A stretch of 64,000 bases of DNA from Octopus bimaculoides (lineage: Eukaryota): the NCBI RefSeq assembly GCF_001194135.2, contig NC_068981.1, positions 10,481,778 through 10,545,777 on the forward strand, given 5' to 3'. The notes under the pieces were generated by a model. It had not been told where the DNA came from. It ran no database searches and saw nothing but the letters and a program-made list of their open reading frames with translations. Below are positions 36,276 to 49,988 of the stretch, piece after piece (within the stretch, counting starts at the first letter, position 1; every line of letters begins with the position of its first letter). The position numbers were made by a program, and so were the translations under genes.

Positions 36276-36832
36276 ATGAATATATAATTTCTGAAAGGTG
36301 TTAAAGATTCCTATGCACACACACACAAGCACATGTTTGTCCTTCATGTTTTTTTTTTGCTGTTGTCTTGCAAGTACTTGGTGACCCTGTCAGTGCAGCT
36401 GCCACTTAAAAGCACCCAGTCCTCCGTGAAAAACAATTTCATAAACATTGAAAGTTTAATACTGTATACTTGGACATGTAGTTGTTGATGTAAAAAACGT
36501 GGCATCTTCAATAGAATGTCTTAATTTGTCATACATATATATTTAGGTTAAAATTTTAATAGCCAGCATCAGTACTCGGTACACATTTAAGATATGGTTC
36601 GGTAGGGTAGGGAATTAAGATATTTTAAATGCAGAAGGAGAAGTGGCTAAAAGTGGGGTCGATGGTCGAAAAAGTTTGGCGACCCCTGGTTTAGACTATG
36701 CTAGTAAAGAAAACTGAACATAGAACAGAAAGAAATGATATGCATGTGCGCACGCACATGTACAGACATGCATATAAGACACACACACACACGAGAGAGA
36801 GAGAGAGAGAATGAGAGAAATAGAAAACTTAC

Positions 36833-36904
36833 TTTGTTATCAAAGTTGAAACGACTTAAATCTCTTGTTTCTGTTGCTCGCCGGTCACCATGTGTCAAGG
36901 CGCC
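36833..36904 (-). CDS. SBNO1: SBNO1 exon: [24 protein letters not shown]
   Basis: 72 nt, AG/GTAAGT. Confidence 0.97.
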
Positions 36905-36972
36905 CTAGAAAAATAAGATGTTTACTTTTTTTACTTTTTCTTAAAAAATAAATTTTTAAAAAAAGCATTTAA

Positions 36973-37192
36973 CCCTTTCATTGCTGTATTGATTTTGAGA
37001 TGCTCTGTATTCCTTTCAATTACTTTAAATATAACAAAGAATTTCGTAAAATAACTTAGTTATCATTCAGCTAGTGTTAGGAACATAAATTGTCACTAAG
37101 GTTTGGTACAAGATTTTAATTGAAAATTTATGAAAACAAGACATTTGTACTCAGAGCCAGAGCTAGTTTCATCCGGGTTGGTAACGAAAGGG
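36973..37192. mobile_element. piggyBac-like MITE, TTAA TSD
   Basis: TTAA|ccctttc ... gaaaggg|TTAA. Confidence 0.8.
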
Positions 37193-37715
37193 TTAAGACA
37201 GCCAAAGTCAAGATCATTTTCATATGTCAGTGAAAAATTGTGATTATATGTGCATATTTGCTTACAACAAAATACACAGCTATTTTAAGATTAGAACAAG
37301 CATATGATCTTGGGACCAAAAGAAAATTCACATTATCTCTATAGTCATCAGATATACTTTGATAATACATATTCTTATTTTCAGAGTTAAATATCCCAAA
37401 CTCAAAGGTGAAATATAATCTGGTCTGCTTAACAAGCTTATAAACAATGGTGCTCCTTTCAAACCACTGATGTGTAGACCAATCAGATCGCTAACACAGG
37501 ATCTTTAGACATGTCTTTATACCCCTAGACATCATACACACACAATGATTTCAAATTTTAGCAGAAGGTCAGCAATTCTGGGAGTCAAATCCATCAACTC
37601 CACTGCTCGACCGGTACTTCTTTCATCAACTCCAAAAGGATGAAAGGCAAAGTCAACCTTGGCCAAATTTGAAGTCAGAATGTAAGACAACAAAAATAAA
37701 TGGAATGTTACTTAC

Positions 37716-37828
37716 TAGACTTTCCAGTCTTTTGGCAACTGTAGAAGCAAATCTCCGTTCTCCTGCTAGCTCTGATATGAGGAATATGTATTCGGGAGCA
37801 CTAACTTGATTTGATCGATGTGTCCGAC
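37716..37828 (-). CDS. SBNO1: SBNO1 exon: [37 protein letters not shown]
   Basis: 113 nt; motif VI-like GRTHRSNQ. Confidence 0.97.
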
Positions 37829-39497
37829 CTGTAAGGACAAAAGTCAGAGGACGAATGAAATTACACAGACATCCATCCCAGTCATAAGCAATAGAAGCAG
37901 TATTAAATTAAAATAGCTATTTATATATCATACTTAATGTAAATACTTCACTGGAAAGCAAATTTACAACAGGTGTTGTCAATGGCCTGAGCTCATGCAG
38001 TGAGTACATGCCACTGACAAGGTCCAAGAAAGCCGAAATGTATCTGGAGTTTTTGCTAGCTGTTGCTGGAATGATTTTCATCTCCCTCTGATATATAATG
38101 TATTTTTAAACATAAGAGATGTATTCTCTGAACGAATACTGCAGTAAATTTGCCTTTCACTCACGTATCTACATTAAGTATGATACATAGAAGGCTGTGT
38201 GTGTGTGTGAGTACAGGGATGGACTCACACAAACACAACATCATCGTCATCATTAAACGTTCGTTTTCCAAGCAGGCATAAATTGGTTGATTTGACCAGG
38301 GCTTGCAAGCTGGAGAGCTGAGCTAGGTTCCAGTCTGCTTCAGCTTGATTTCTACTGCTGGGTGCCCTTCCTAATGCCAACCATTTTAGAGTATGCTGAG
38401 TGCTTTTTATGTTGCACCAGCACTTTTAACATGGCCCTGCATGGGTGCTTTTTACATGGCGTCGGCAAAGGCACTTTTTAAGTGGCACCAGCACAAGTAC
38501 TTTTTATGCAGCACTACATACAATTTATAATTTCCTAAAGAGGAATCATTAAATTTTTAAATAATTAAGTCACTATTAATTTCTTACATGAGCACAAAAC
38601 CATAAATCTGCACAAGGGTTGAATCCATCTCCAGTGTAAGACAGATACTTATTTCAGGAACTTTGTAGAAATAAAAGGCAAAAATCAATTCTGGAAGAAT
38701 TTCAACTCAGAATAGAGAAAGAACTGTGATTTTCTACCATTTCTGGCATTTGTCTTGATTGTTTAATTAATACTAAAAATACCTAACAGGGTGTGAATCT
38801 GAAGTTCACTAGTTAAACCACATGGTTTTGAGCTTCATGTCATTGTGAGGCAGCTCCAGCAAGTGCCTTCTATTCTAACCTCAGGCTGACCAATGCTTTC
38901 TGAATGAAACTCTCTTCACATGACAAAGTTTGAATGATGGTGATGACAGGTTTACATCTTTTATAAAAGCAAAACATCTTAGCACTTGGCTGTTTCAAGA
39001 TGTGAAGACCCAGTAAGTAAAATAAAAAATACCTTACTTGAAAAGCAGGCATGGGCTAGCAACAGAAAGGGTATCTGGCCATCATAGAACATTGATTTGG
39101 GTCAGACAACATTCACTGAAGTAGATTTTCAATGACCAGATGCTCTTCCTGTCAACAACCCTCACCTGTTTCCAACCAAAGTAATATTTTCCCATGGCTA
39201 GACATGTTTTACATGGAAGACTGAAAACAAAAACGAACCTCACTTGAATGACAGTGATGCTCATTTACAACCATTACATGATGTCTAGACAAGTTTTACA
39301 CACACACACAATCATCATCACCATCAAACATCCATTGTCCATGCTGGCATGGGTTGGATGGTTTGACTAAGGCTGGTAAGCTGGAAGCATGCACCAGACG
39401 CCAGTCTGATTTGGTATGGTTTCTACAGCTGGATGCCCTTCCTAATGCCAACTACTCCGAGAGCGTGTTGAGTGCTTTAACATGGCACCACATGGGA

Positions 39498-39536
<39 letters not shown>

Positions 39537-39612
39537 CACACACACACACACAAGGATTCTTTCAGTTCCCATCTACCAAATCCATACAGTTGCACTTAAC
39601 CACAAAACTTAC

Positions 39613-39748
39613 CAAACTGCTGTATAGCTCTATCTGCACTCCAAGGTAGTTCCAATGTTATATGAACTCTTCTCTTTTGATTCCGAGCTCTTCGATCGGC
39701 TTGAAGGGAAATTCCTGAACTGGCAGCTTCAGATATGATAGCAATGTT
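39613..39748 (-). CDS. SBNO1: SBNO1 exon: [46 protein letters not shown]
   Basis: 136 nt; helicase-C motifs. Confidence 0.97.
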
Positions 39749-40806
39749 CTAGATAAATAAAACAAACAATGTCACTATCATACAAGCACTGCTTTTGAGA
39801 AATGGACAATCAGGAATCCTTAGTCTACTACAGAATAATAATTTTATCAAGATATCAAATTTCCTCCAGTACAGTTGCTTGGTTGAAAGTTCTAAGACTG
39901 TCCCCAGTCAATAGAAGAATGAGAAAATAAACATATCACATATATAGACATTGAGGCTATGTGATATATTGGACTGAGGATCACAAGACTATGGTTTGGG
40001 TTCCTGGACTGGGTGACACATTATGTTCTTGAGCAAAACACTTCATCTCAAGTTGTTCCAGTTTACTCAACTGGCAAAAATGAGTAATCCTGCAATGGAC
40101 CGGCATCATTACAAGGAGAAGATATGCACCACAAAAACCAGTTCTGTGAAACCATGCGATCATGAGCAGAACACTCTAACCGCTAGGCCAAGTGTCCTCA
40201 CATAATACACTAATAATATCAAGGGTTCAAATTTTAGCACAAAATGGGCAATTTGGGGGGAGAGGGTAAGTTGATTACATCAACCTCAATGCTCAACTGG
40301 TACTTATTTTATCAGCCCCAAAAATGATGACAGGCAAAGCCAACCTTGGTGGAATTTGAACTCAGATAAAAAAAAATGGACAAAATGCAGCTGAGCATTT
40401 TGCCTGGCATGCTCAAGATTCTGCCAGGTCACCACCTCAATAATTCTACTATAGGCACAAGGCCTGAAATGGAGGGGGGGAGTCGATTACATCGACCCAG
40501 TATATAGCTGGTACTTATTTCATCAACCTGGAAAGGATGAAAGGCAAAGTTGACCTTGGGGGAATTTGAATTCAGAACATAGCGGCAGATGAAATACCAC
40601 TAAGCATTTGGCCTGGTAGGCTAACAATTCTGCTAGCTCACTGCCATAATAATAACAAAATTAGTAAAACATTAAAAAGGATATATAGAAAATGGCAATG
40701 GCATTTGATTTTGGGAACAAAGCAAAAGGAATCTGGTTATTTTTTTCCTTGCTTATGAAAGTAAATAAAATTGCAATAGAGGTATGTTAAGTAATGTCGA
40801 TAATAC

Positions 40807-40938
40807 CTTTTCACCATCCATGAAGCGTTGTTTTTCTGTGAGATTTAAAATTTCAAGTGGAACATCCAGTTCACTTCTTGATTCATAACACACAGCACCG
40901 TCTTCATTAGTCACGACTCTCCCTTTCCGACCTGTCAT
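40807..40938 (-). CDS. SBNO1: SBNO1 exon: [44 protein letters not shown]
   Basis: 132 nt, AG/GT. Confidence 0.97.
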
Positions 40939-42215
40939 CTGTAAATATAATTGAGCAACCTTTACTAAGTATCGGTTCATATCAAGAGAAGAATATTGCA
41001 AGATTAAAAAAACAAACAAATATCTCATAACTGATCAATTATCTCCAACAGTGCAACCCCACTATATAAAAGAAAAACAGCAATTGGAAGTGACCCAATA
41101 TGGCCATAGTCCTCAGACTGAAACTTGAAATGCAAAAAAAAAAATTATAAGAAAGAACATAAGCAAAACAGAGTATCCCGTCAGTGAAGAATGCAACTGT
41201 CCACATGAGCAGATGCAGATTGCAGAATTCAGTGAACATCAGCACTTCAAATGCACATTCCAGCTCCTGAGGTTTTATCTGGTCAAGAAGTGGCTACAAT
41301 ACAACGGTGTTGCTCATTGCGATCACCTTTTATCTTTCTTAGTTAAATTTTAGTGAAGGTGATTTACAAAATGCACCAAATTACAGTCATATTCCAGGAA
41401 AAAATAAAGTTCCTACTGTACAGCATTCCTCTCTATTTAGGATCATCGCAATCCACAAAGGAGACTGTATGTGGTTACTTGGCTAGAAATGGCAGTCAAA
41501 TCTCCTTCAAATTGCAATCTAGTGTCTTGAAAAAGGGAAAACACACTGAACAATGCAGACTTAGATATACTGTCTGAATAAAAAAAAAAAATAAATAAAA
41601 AAAAAAGAATGATCAGTCTGATCAATTCCTTATGCAAAAGAGACCTACAGTTTAACAACAGCCACCTCTCCAACTTAACCCACTGCCCACCATGAGCCCC
41701 ATTTGGGGATCTGCTAAAAACAGTCTCCCTGCCAGTTGTTCATTGTAGTTAAAGTCAATTGCTTACGTACATTGCATTTGTAGAGGTGTGTTTCACAATA
41801 TTTAGTAGTTAAAGTTTGTCATTATTAGCTCTGGCTAACTCCAGAGAACATTTTATCTCATAAATTGCAATTTTTGAACTACAAAAATATTGACCATTTT
41901 GAAAACTTTTTTTTTTCATTTCCCATCTACATCATTCATTGATATTTCATACACATTTGCATTTGATACTATAGTTTCAAAAAACTAAAATGATTATTAT
42001 TGCAATTGAACAGAAAAGAATAAATATGCTGTTTTTCAGCAATTTGGGACTTTTTGAAAAATTTATCATAATTTCCAAAATAATTCACATGTGAAGAAAA
42101 TTTAAATACTATTTATTATTTTAACCCCTAAGACACTCGGCAAAGCCAAAAAATATGAATAAAAGGAATTAGCAGTTAAAGGGTTAATTGAAGTAGAAAA
42201 ATTTTATTAACTTAC

Positions 42216-42355
42216 TTCGGCTACATTTTCAGGACCCCCAAGTTCATCAATTAAATGATCCAAAGTATTTGGGGGAAGAATATCTGATAGTTTTTCAATA
42301 CTTTCCAGCAATTCTCTTTTCATAGCAATAGCTTTGTCAATGCTATCCATACCAA
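42216..42355 (-). CDS. SBNO1: SBNO1 exon: [47 protein letters not shown]
   Basis: 140 nt; [20 protein letters not shown] signature. Confidence 0.96.
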
Positions 42356-42414
42356 CTGCAATGAAAATAATAACATCTCATTTATCATCTTCAATTAACA
42401 GAATAACATAAAAT

Positions 42415-42782
42415 AACAAGAGAGCTCAGAGAGTGCAAACCTCTGCCAAGGCAACGCCAACATCCTCTCAATGATTAGCCGGAGATGATTTTTAAAATGA
42501 GAATATCTGAAATAAACTCGACTGCTCTCACAAATGAAAATACTAAAAATGAACCTGACCACTCTCAAAAATTAAAAAAAAACAGGAAAAATAATCCAGA
42601 ATCCTTGTCCAGAACTGAATCGATCCCAAAATCTAATCAGTTTATGCCAGTCACAAGGCCAAACATCCTTGAAAGTTTCATCCAAATCCATCCAGCGGTT
42701 CTTGAGATATCTTGACCACGGACAGACAAACAAGTGTGACTGAAAACAATATCTCTGCCCTCACTAAGGAGGAGGTAATAAC
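42415..42782. mobile_element. Helentron-associated non-autonomous element (HINE/DINE-like); partial copy ~28187-28240
   Basis: 5' aacaagag...acctctgccaaggc and degenerate 3' ...ggaggtaataa subterminal motif pattern (family recalled, not searched). Confidence 0.55.
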
Positions 42783-43881
42783 AATTTTTAATATAGGCAC
42801 AAGTTCGCACATTTTAACCCCACAACATCGGTTGACGTAAATTTATGTGCATTGTGCTCTCACATTGAATTAGATGACGAAAATATACACAGCCCTATCT
42901 GCTGTGGTTTTGTGCCCATTCGTGTACCGACTGATATAAATATCTATCACTCACGGAATTGATAATAGAGGCCACCATGCAAATTTCAAGGAATCTGATA
43001 GGTTTGTTAGACCCTTCATGTAAATATTTCCAACTCACTTTGAGACTTCATCACCATAACACTATAAAAGCAGCAGTTTTGGCAGTTGCACCACCATTTC
43101 CATTATGACTTCTAATCCAATTCACACACGTTCAGCAAATCCTTCTGGTCCTTCACCGAATTTCCAGTTGCATCCAGCCATGCCAGTTTCATTGAATTTA
43201 CAGTCCTCGCAGTGATGACAGTTTAGATAAATAAACAGTGCATGCTTTAAAGTGCTTGACATAAATATACACCAAACCGTTGTCGCGTGCTAATTACCGA
43301 TCTCGGCCAAGATGATTACCATCAGTGCAACCTAATTGCCTGATGAAAAACCAATGCCATGAGGTTAAGGGAAGGGTCATTGGATTTTGACAATATTCCC
43401 AATGGAAGAGGGAGACCCAAGAAGACACTTCCATACTTATTTTATCAACCCCAGAAGAATGAGACACAAGGTCAACCTTGGCGGAATTTGAACTCAAATG
43501 TAAAGAGCCAAAAGAAATACCACAAAGCATTTTGTCCAACATCTTAACAATTCTACCAACCCACCAACAATAATAATAATGATGGTGGTGGTGGTGGTGA
43601 TGGTAGAGGTTTTGAACAGGTGAAATAAACAGCAGAGATGCTCTGCCCCATGCAGAAACTCCAGAGGCTACTCAGAGGTTTTGCAGGATCTAAATTTATC
43701 TCCAAGTTGGAAACCCTTCTGCATCGCCAGCAGGTATATCACCCCTTTAGCCTGTATGTTTCACCAGAGTGGGGCACCAAGGACTGTATAGTCTTCACCT
43801 GTAGAAGAGTTCCACCTGCAGTCTCTTACCTTAATCACTACAACAGAATTGAAAAAAAACGTTAACAGTTTGAAGACTTAC

Positions 43882-44100
43882 TGGTATTGTTGAATAAGGA
43901 AGAATGGTTACTGTCAGTAGATAATGAGTTACTTTTCTTCAATAATCCCACAGCAGCTAAAGCTTTATCAAACTGAACATCTTCATCCTCGTCATCATCA
44001 TCATCTGCCACTTTGTTATTCTTATGCTTCTTGCTTTTCTTGGATTTTTTCTTCTTTACTTTGTTTTTAGATTTAGCCTTTGATTTCTTTAACCAAGGAT
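43882..44100 (-). CDS. SBNO1: SBNO1 exon: DPWLKKSKAKSKNKVKKKKSKK...DDDDDEDEDVQFDKALAAVGLL...FNNT
   Basis: 219 nt; DPWL plus basic tract as in SBNO1; donor GTAAGT. Confidence 0.88.
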
Positions 44101-45331
44101 CTAGGGAAAATAAAACAAAATAACTTTTATTACAAGAAACTGTCTTCTGGTAACTAGAAGACTAATGAACTGTTCCGGCCAACTGAAGGTAGCCAGGCTA
44201 GGACACTCCCGATATGTCAGCTTTTATAAACTATGGTAAAGCATCGAACAGAAATAAATTTCTTAGCAGGCAATAATTTGTAGGTATGGCTGTGTGTCTA
44301 AGTTTGCTTTACACCCATGTGGTTCTGGGTTCAATCCCACTGCACACCACATTGGACAAGTGTCTTCAGCTGAAGCCCTGGGCTAACCAAAGAATTGTAA
44401 GTGGATTTTGGCAGACAGAAACTGTAACAAGCCTCTCTTATGCATACATGCATCATCATCATCATTTGCCTATTTTCCATGCTGGCATGGGTTGGACAGT
44501 TGACAGGAGCTGGCAAGCAAGAGAGCTGCACAAGGCTCCAATTGTCTGTTTTGGCATGGCTTCTACAGCTGGATGCCCTTCTTAATGCCAACCACTTTAC
44601 AGAGGCATACCAATGCTATTTAAGTGACATCAGCATCGATACTTTTTATGTGGCACCAACACCTACAAGCTTGCAAGACAAAGACCTCTCAGCTGAGAGG
44701 GAGATACATATCACTGCTATGATGTTAAATTGTCGTATATGCAAATCTGGCCAAATGCATTTTTTCCAATATTAACTTTTGCTTGTTATATAGCCAGTTC
44801 CTTTGGTCAAACTATCATATTTCCAGCTGCCTCAGATGCCAAGATATGAAAAATCGTCAAAGTGTAGCACAACAGTTTTGCTATGGAATGGTGAAACTAT
44901 TGTTCCGTTTCCTGAAAAAACAACATTTTGGACTTATAACACTTTCGCATAATAGCAACTATATGCACACACAACAAAATAAGTATATATGAGAAAAACT
45001 CTGTGTGTGAGTGTTTATATATATATATATATGTCCCTGTCTTGACATTAGCATATTTGTGGTTAACAAAATCACTTTTCATACAAAGGTGGTGTGTAAA
45101 AACAAGTCCAGCCATTGAGCTGCTTGTGTTTGAAGGACTAGGAGAAATAAAACCTAGCTTGGAAACAGAGGAGGGTTAATGGCAGGAAGAGCATCCAGCC
45201 TTAGTAAATCTGCCTCACCAAGTTTCATCTGAACCACGCATGAATTTAACATGGATGTTAAATCAATTCCAATCTCTTTTTTTAATACTGGCAAAATTTT
45301 TGCTTCCTATAGAAGTTGACACATTTCTTAC

Positions 45332-45490
45332 CTTCATCACTGTCTGAGCCACTACCAAATGGATTAAAATCATCACTAGATTCGGACTCAGAAGTCTCAC
45401 TTAGGCTTAAACTTATATCACTGCTGTCTGAACTGGAACCATCAGAAAAGTCTGTCTTCTGACGTTTTGCATTCCCATCTTGATTGTTCC
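45332..45490 (-). CDS. SBNO1: SBNO1 exon: GNNQDGNAKRQKTDFSDGSSSDSS...ESSDDFNPFGSGSDSDE
   Basis: 159 nt; DDFNPF conserved; phases fit both neighbours. Confidence 0.92.
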
Positions 45491-46547
45491 CTGAAATAAA
45501 AAGACATAAAGCAATGAGAAAAGTTAACCAATAACAACAAGTGGTCAGGGTCAGCCAGTAAAATTGAAACAAGTCTACATCAACCACATATTGACACATC
45601 AAATATTATTATATTCTATTTCTTGGCCAACATGTCTACTGAAAGTAAGACCAAATTAAAAATGATAACCTCATGATTATATCTTTTACTTGTTTCAGTC
45701 ACCAGACTGCAGTCATGCTGGGGCACCACCTTGAAGAATTTTTAGTCAAATTAATTGATCCCAGTACTCCCCTATTCCTTACTTTATCAGTCTCTATTGT
45801 CACTAAGTTATAGCAACATAAACACACCAATACCAGTTGTCAAGCATACAGTACAAATCCAAACAGCACCATATGTTTCTCAGTCCTATATTGCTTGAAA
45901 GTCCACAAATTAAATCACCGTCTTTTACATTAGTTTTTAAGAGAGTCGTTATGATTCCCCTAATTTAAGGGAGAAAACTTCCTCTTGTTTACACAAGTTT
46001 ATATTTACAAAAAAAATTAAAATCACTTTTCTTCTTCAGTATTCTATCTCTTCAGAAACACTCAACAAATCTGAAAGGATACTGGAATCAACAGGATTTT
46101 GCCGATGTTGGATTAAAACAGAGAAATGCTTTTACTGATGTGTCTAGACTTTAGGGTCATAAAGTGTATGAGAGACAAAAAAGACAATTCCCTATCTTGC
46201 AGGGAATTTATTGAAGTCTTCAATAATAAAAGTACTTTAAACCACATTTTGAAAAAAATATATTAAAATTAGAATTAAGAACTTTCTATAGTGCTGACAG
46301 TAACTGCTGTATTTTAGTTACATACTCCAAAACTAATTAATAGGCAGCTTTCTTTATTACTGTATAAATTCTAACTGTAAGGTCATGCGCTGTTTTATCT
46401 TGATACGAAATCACCATGTTGCACACACATGGTTGTAATGCATATGCCTGGGGTACCCTTATCAGACGGGTAGTTACGATGGGTTTATTGGGCTTCATAT
46501 ATTTGTACCCCAGCACCTGGTAGTGTGCTGCACTCTCACTCAAAAAT

Positions 46548-46768
46548 AATAATAATAATCTTTTCTATTCTAGGCACAAGGCCTGAAACTTTGGGAGAGG
46601 GACAGTCGATTACATCGACTTCAGTATGCAACTGGTACATAATTTATTGACCCCGATTGGATGAAAGGCAAAGTCAACCTCGACGGAATTTGAACTCAGA
46701 ACGTAAAGACAGACGAAATACCGCTAAGCATTTCGACCAGCATGCTAATGTTTCTGCCAGCTCACCAC
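46548..46768 (-). mobile_element. Nin-domain-type tRNA SINE (copies ~33020-33205, 37545-37690, 40215-40650, 43400-43570, 48470-48635)
   Basis: ttccgtcgaggttgactttgcctttcatcc..ggggtcaataaatta.gtaccag core; A-rich tail. Confidence 0.7.
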
Positions 46769-46812
46769 CTTGGCGGCAGTGGCAGTAGTAATAGTAGTAG
46801 TAGTAATAATAC

Positions 46813-46958
46813 CTTTCTTTCTTTTCATATTACTGTTCAAACTGGAACTATTATCTGAGAAACCATCGCTCTTACATCCTCCCAGATTGAGGAAATCCAT
46901 TGTTTTTCGCCTGTCAGGTGCAGGAAAGTGTTTTTCGACTAATGTTTGGAAAACACCT
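46813..46958 (-). CDS. SBNO1: SBNO1 exon: GVFQTLVEKHFPAPDRRKTMDFLNLGG...MKRKK
   Basis: 146 nt; EKHFPAPDR conserved. Confidence 0.93.
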
Positions 46959-47374
46959 CTGAAATATTGAAGTAAAACAATTTAGTTAGCGTTACAACTA
47001 TTTATGTAGAAAGGTAACAGACATCCAATTCCAAAGTCAAACTTACATCATACTTTACACATTTGTTGTGTCTACAGATAAATCATGTCATCAAATTAAC
47101 AACAGTCACTTGTAAAAATCACTGGAATTCATAGACATTCTCAACCATTCCATTCATTCTATCATCGCATAGTTTAGTGTCAGTTAATTTACTTCTCTCA
47201 TCTCTTCGGTGACACTCAGCATCACTCATTCATAAAACAAACCCAAACCACCTTTCATAGAAGTAAACAGTGAACATCTTGCATATTTCACTCTCGCCTC
47301 TGTAAATCCCCTATGTGCAACGTCCATGCAACATTATTACTACCCTTGCCAACTCAAGTAACAACTCCTTAATC

Positions 47375-47998
47375 CAAGGGTTCTCAACTTTTTTTTTTTT
47401 TACTTATGGACACCTTTGGTTCTTATTTAACTTGGGTGGACCCTCATAGCCATTCAATGTTCAAAAAATCCTATTTTATTTTTATACTTAAATATCATTA
47501 GGATTTGTATAAAATTGTTAAAAAAGGGGTTGCAGGGAGTAGCGTCCTTGTCTTCCTGAGCTAGTTTTCTACATTTCTTAAAAAAAAATGGTAGAGGCCT
47601 TGGTCTCAGGAATACACATGTCTAGAAACTGAGGTTAGGGGGTAAGCAAGGGCATGCTGCCCATAGAAAATACAGCTCCAAAAAAGCCTCACGATAGCGA
47701 AGGAGAATTGGCACCAGCCAGCTGAAAAGTTGGGGTGGGCTGCACCAGGTAGATCCGGCCACCCCCCACCCCCCGTTAACGGGGACAAAACCCAGATTTA
47801 AAACATTGGATGATGATGATGATGATGATGATGAAAGTAATTGTTAAAATAGTTTGTGTACTGTGGACAAATAACTAATTTATTGCACATAAACTTTACT
47901 GGTCTAGGCCCCTGAAAAATTACTGTGGAGCCCCAATTTACTATATTGCATCCATGTACCCGCCAAAATCTTACATGGTCCCTGGTTGAGAACCCTTG
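47375..47998. mobile_element. hAT MITE with nested RTE-tail insertion
   Basis: TIR caagggttctcaac / gttgagaacccttg; 8-bp TSD ccttaatc / tcttaatc. Confidence 0.85.
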
Positions 47999-48718
47999 TC
48001 TTAATCCTTTAGCATTCAGATTACTTATTATATATGTTATTATATGATCGAACGCCACACATTGCCTCCAACTAAGTTTTATCTATATATATATACACTC
48101 TCTGAGTGGTTGGCGTTAGGAATGGCATCCAGCTGTAGAAACTCTGCCAAATTAGATTGGAGCCTGGTGTTGCCATCCGGTTTCACCAGTCCTCAGTCAA
48201 ATCGTCCAACCCATGCTAGCATGGAAAGTGGACGTTAAACGATGATGATGATGATGATGATATATATTGGATTAGATTACCTGTGTCCAGTCTACTGCTG
48301 GACAATGGCCTCAGCATGTTCTCTCCACCAATCACAGTCTGATGGGGAGGCTGTGAATTTGAGCTTGAGAACATACAGGTTTCGAGGATACTACTCTTCC
48401 ACACTGGTTCGGCATGGCTTAGCAGAGGGATGGAGTTTTTATACCTTTACCCAGGTGTAGCTAAATTAAGTTACATTAATTCAGGGCTCAACTGGTGCTT
48501 ATTTTATAGACCCCCGCCAGAAGGATGAAAGACGAAGGAGGCCCCAGCAGAATCTGAATCCAGAACATAAGGACAGATGAAATATTGCTAAGCATTTCGC
48601 CCAGTATACTAACAATTCTGCCAGCTCACCTCGCATACACACACATACATAACACACACTATGAAATTGTGTTATGATCTAATAATCACAGGATGACAAT
48701 TGTAGTAAAAGATCTTAC

Positions 48719-48816
48719 TTAGCAGTTGAGACAAAATCATTAAGCTCCCCACCATGTTCCTCGAGCTGTTCCAAAGTACGGGCTTCACCAGTAGATTGCA
48801 GGCCAATTACAACACA
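48719..48816 (-). CDS. SBNO1: SBNO1 exon: [33 protein letters not shown]
   Basis: 98 nt, AG/GTAAGA. Confidence 0.96.
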
Positions 48817-48940
48817 CTGCACAACAAAATGAATTTGGATTAAATTATTTTATGCATTCAGGGATATAAAACAAAAAAACAAAATCTTTTTCTAATAGGA
48901 GGGAGAAAAAAAAAACAAATAAAAAAGTGAACAATATTAC

Positions 48941-49123
48941 CTTTCCATTTTTGACTGCTTCTCGAGTAAGTTTCACACAGTGTCCCACTTTTGCCGATAT
49001 ACAGAGATACTTGAAAAAGCGTTGATGTGCAGACCAAAACTGTCCCCACATTGACTTTCTCATTCGCTGCTCAGCTCCAATTAATTCGGCTGCTTTCTGG
49101 AACAATTCCCGTGCTCGTACCCA
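48941..49123 (-). CDS. SBNO1: SBNO1 exon: [61 protein letters not shown]
   Basis: 183 nt; [17 protein letters not shown] signature. Confidence 0.97.
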
Positions 49124-49602
49124 CTAAAATCAAATAACAAACTGTATTTTAAATATGCATATACACAATATATACATACACACACGTATATAATACACAA
49201 AGTGATTGACATTAAGAAGGGTGTTCAACCATAGAAATCATGCCAAAGCTGACTTTGGGGCCAGGCACAGCTCCTTGGCTTGTTGGACCCTGTCAAACTA
49301 TCCAGTCGATGCCAGCATGGAAGACAGATGTAAAAAGGATACATGGTAAATGGTTAAGAAGTTAATTTCACAACCACAAGGTCATGTGTTCAATCCCATT
49401 GCATGGCATTTTAAACAAATGTTATTTTCTATAGCTCCAAATTAACTCAAAACATTTTCAGTAAAACTGGGTAGATGGGAATTACATGGAAGCCTGACAG
49501 AAAGGATGTACATGTTCTCCAAAAGTACAGCTTCGTCACAGTTTCATAGTGTCAGCCACTTAAATGTTAATTCAATGAACAGGAAATTCCTTTTATCAAA
49601 CA

Positions 49603-49988
49603 CAGACATGGCTGTGTAGTAAAAAGCTTGCTTCCCAACCACATGGTTCCAGGTTCAGTCCCAATGTATGACACCTTGGGCAAGTGTCTTCTACTATAGT
49701 CTTGAGCCAATCGGAGCCTTTTGAGTGGATTTGGTAGATGGAAACTGAAAGAAGCCTTTCGTGTATGTGTGTGTGTCCCTTCACCACTGGCTGACAGCTG
49801 ATGTTGGTGTGTTTATATCCCTGTAACTTAGCAGCTCAGCTAAAGAGACTGATAGAACAAGTACATAAGAACCAGGCCTTAAAAATAAAAAAAGTACTGG
49901 TGTTGATTCATTTGACTAAAAGTGTTCAAGGCTGTGCCCCAGCATGGCCACAGTGAAACTAATGAAACAAGTAAACAATAAAAGATAA
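49603..49988 (+). mobile_element. SINE family A, full length
   Basis: Family head to aaaagataa tail. Confidence 0.85.

Noticed and set aside
41679-42183. piggyBac-like element (TTAA-CCC...GGG-TTAA); similarly ~42816-43296
   Set aside because: Terminal complementarity beyond 3-4 bp is too degenerate to call without a consensus
43990-44095. Lys-rich and Asp-rich low-complexity tracts in SBNO1 as a novelty
   Set aside because: Comparable basic (NLS-like) and acidic tracts follow DPWL in SBNO1 orthologs; expected
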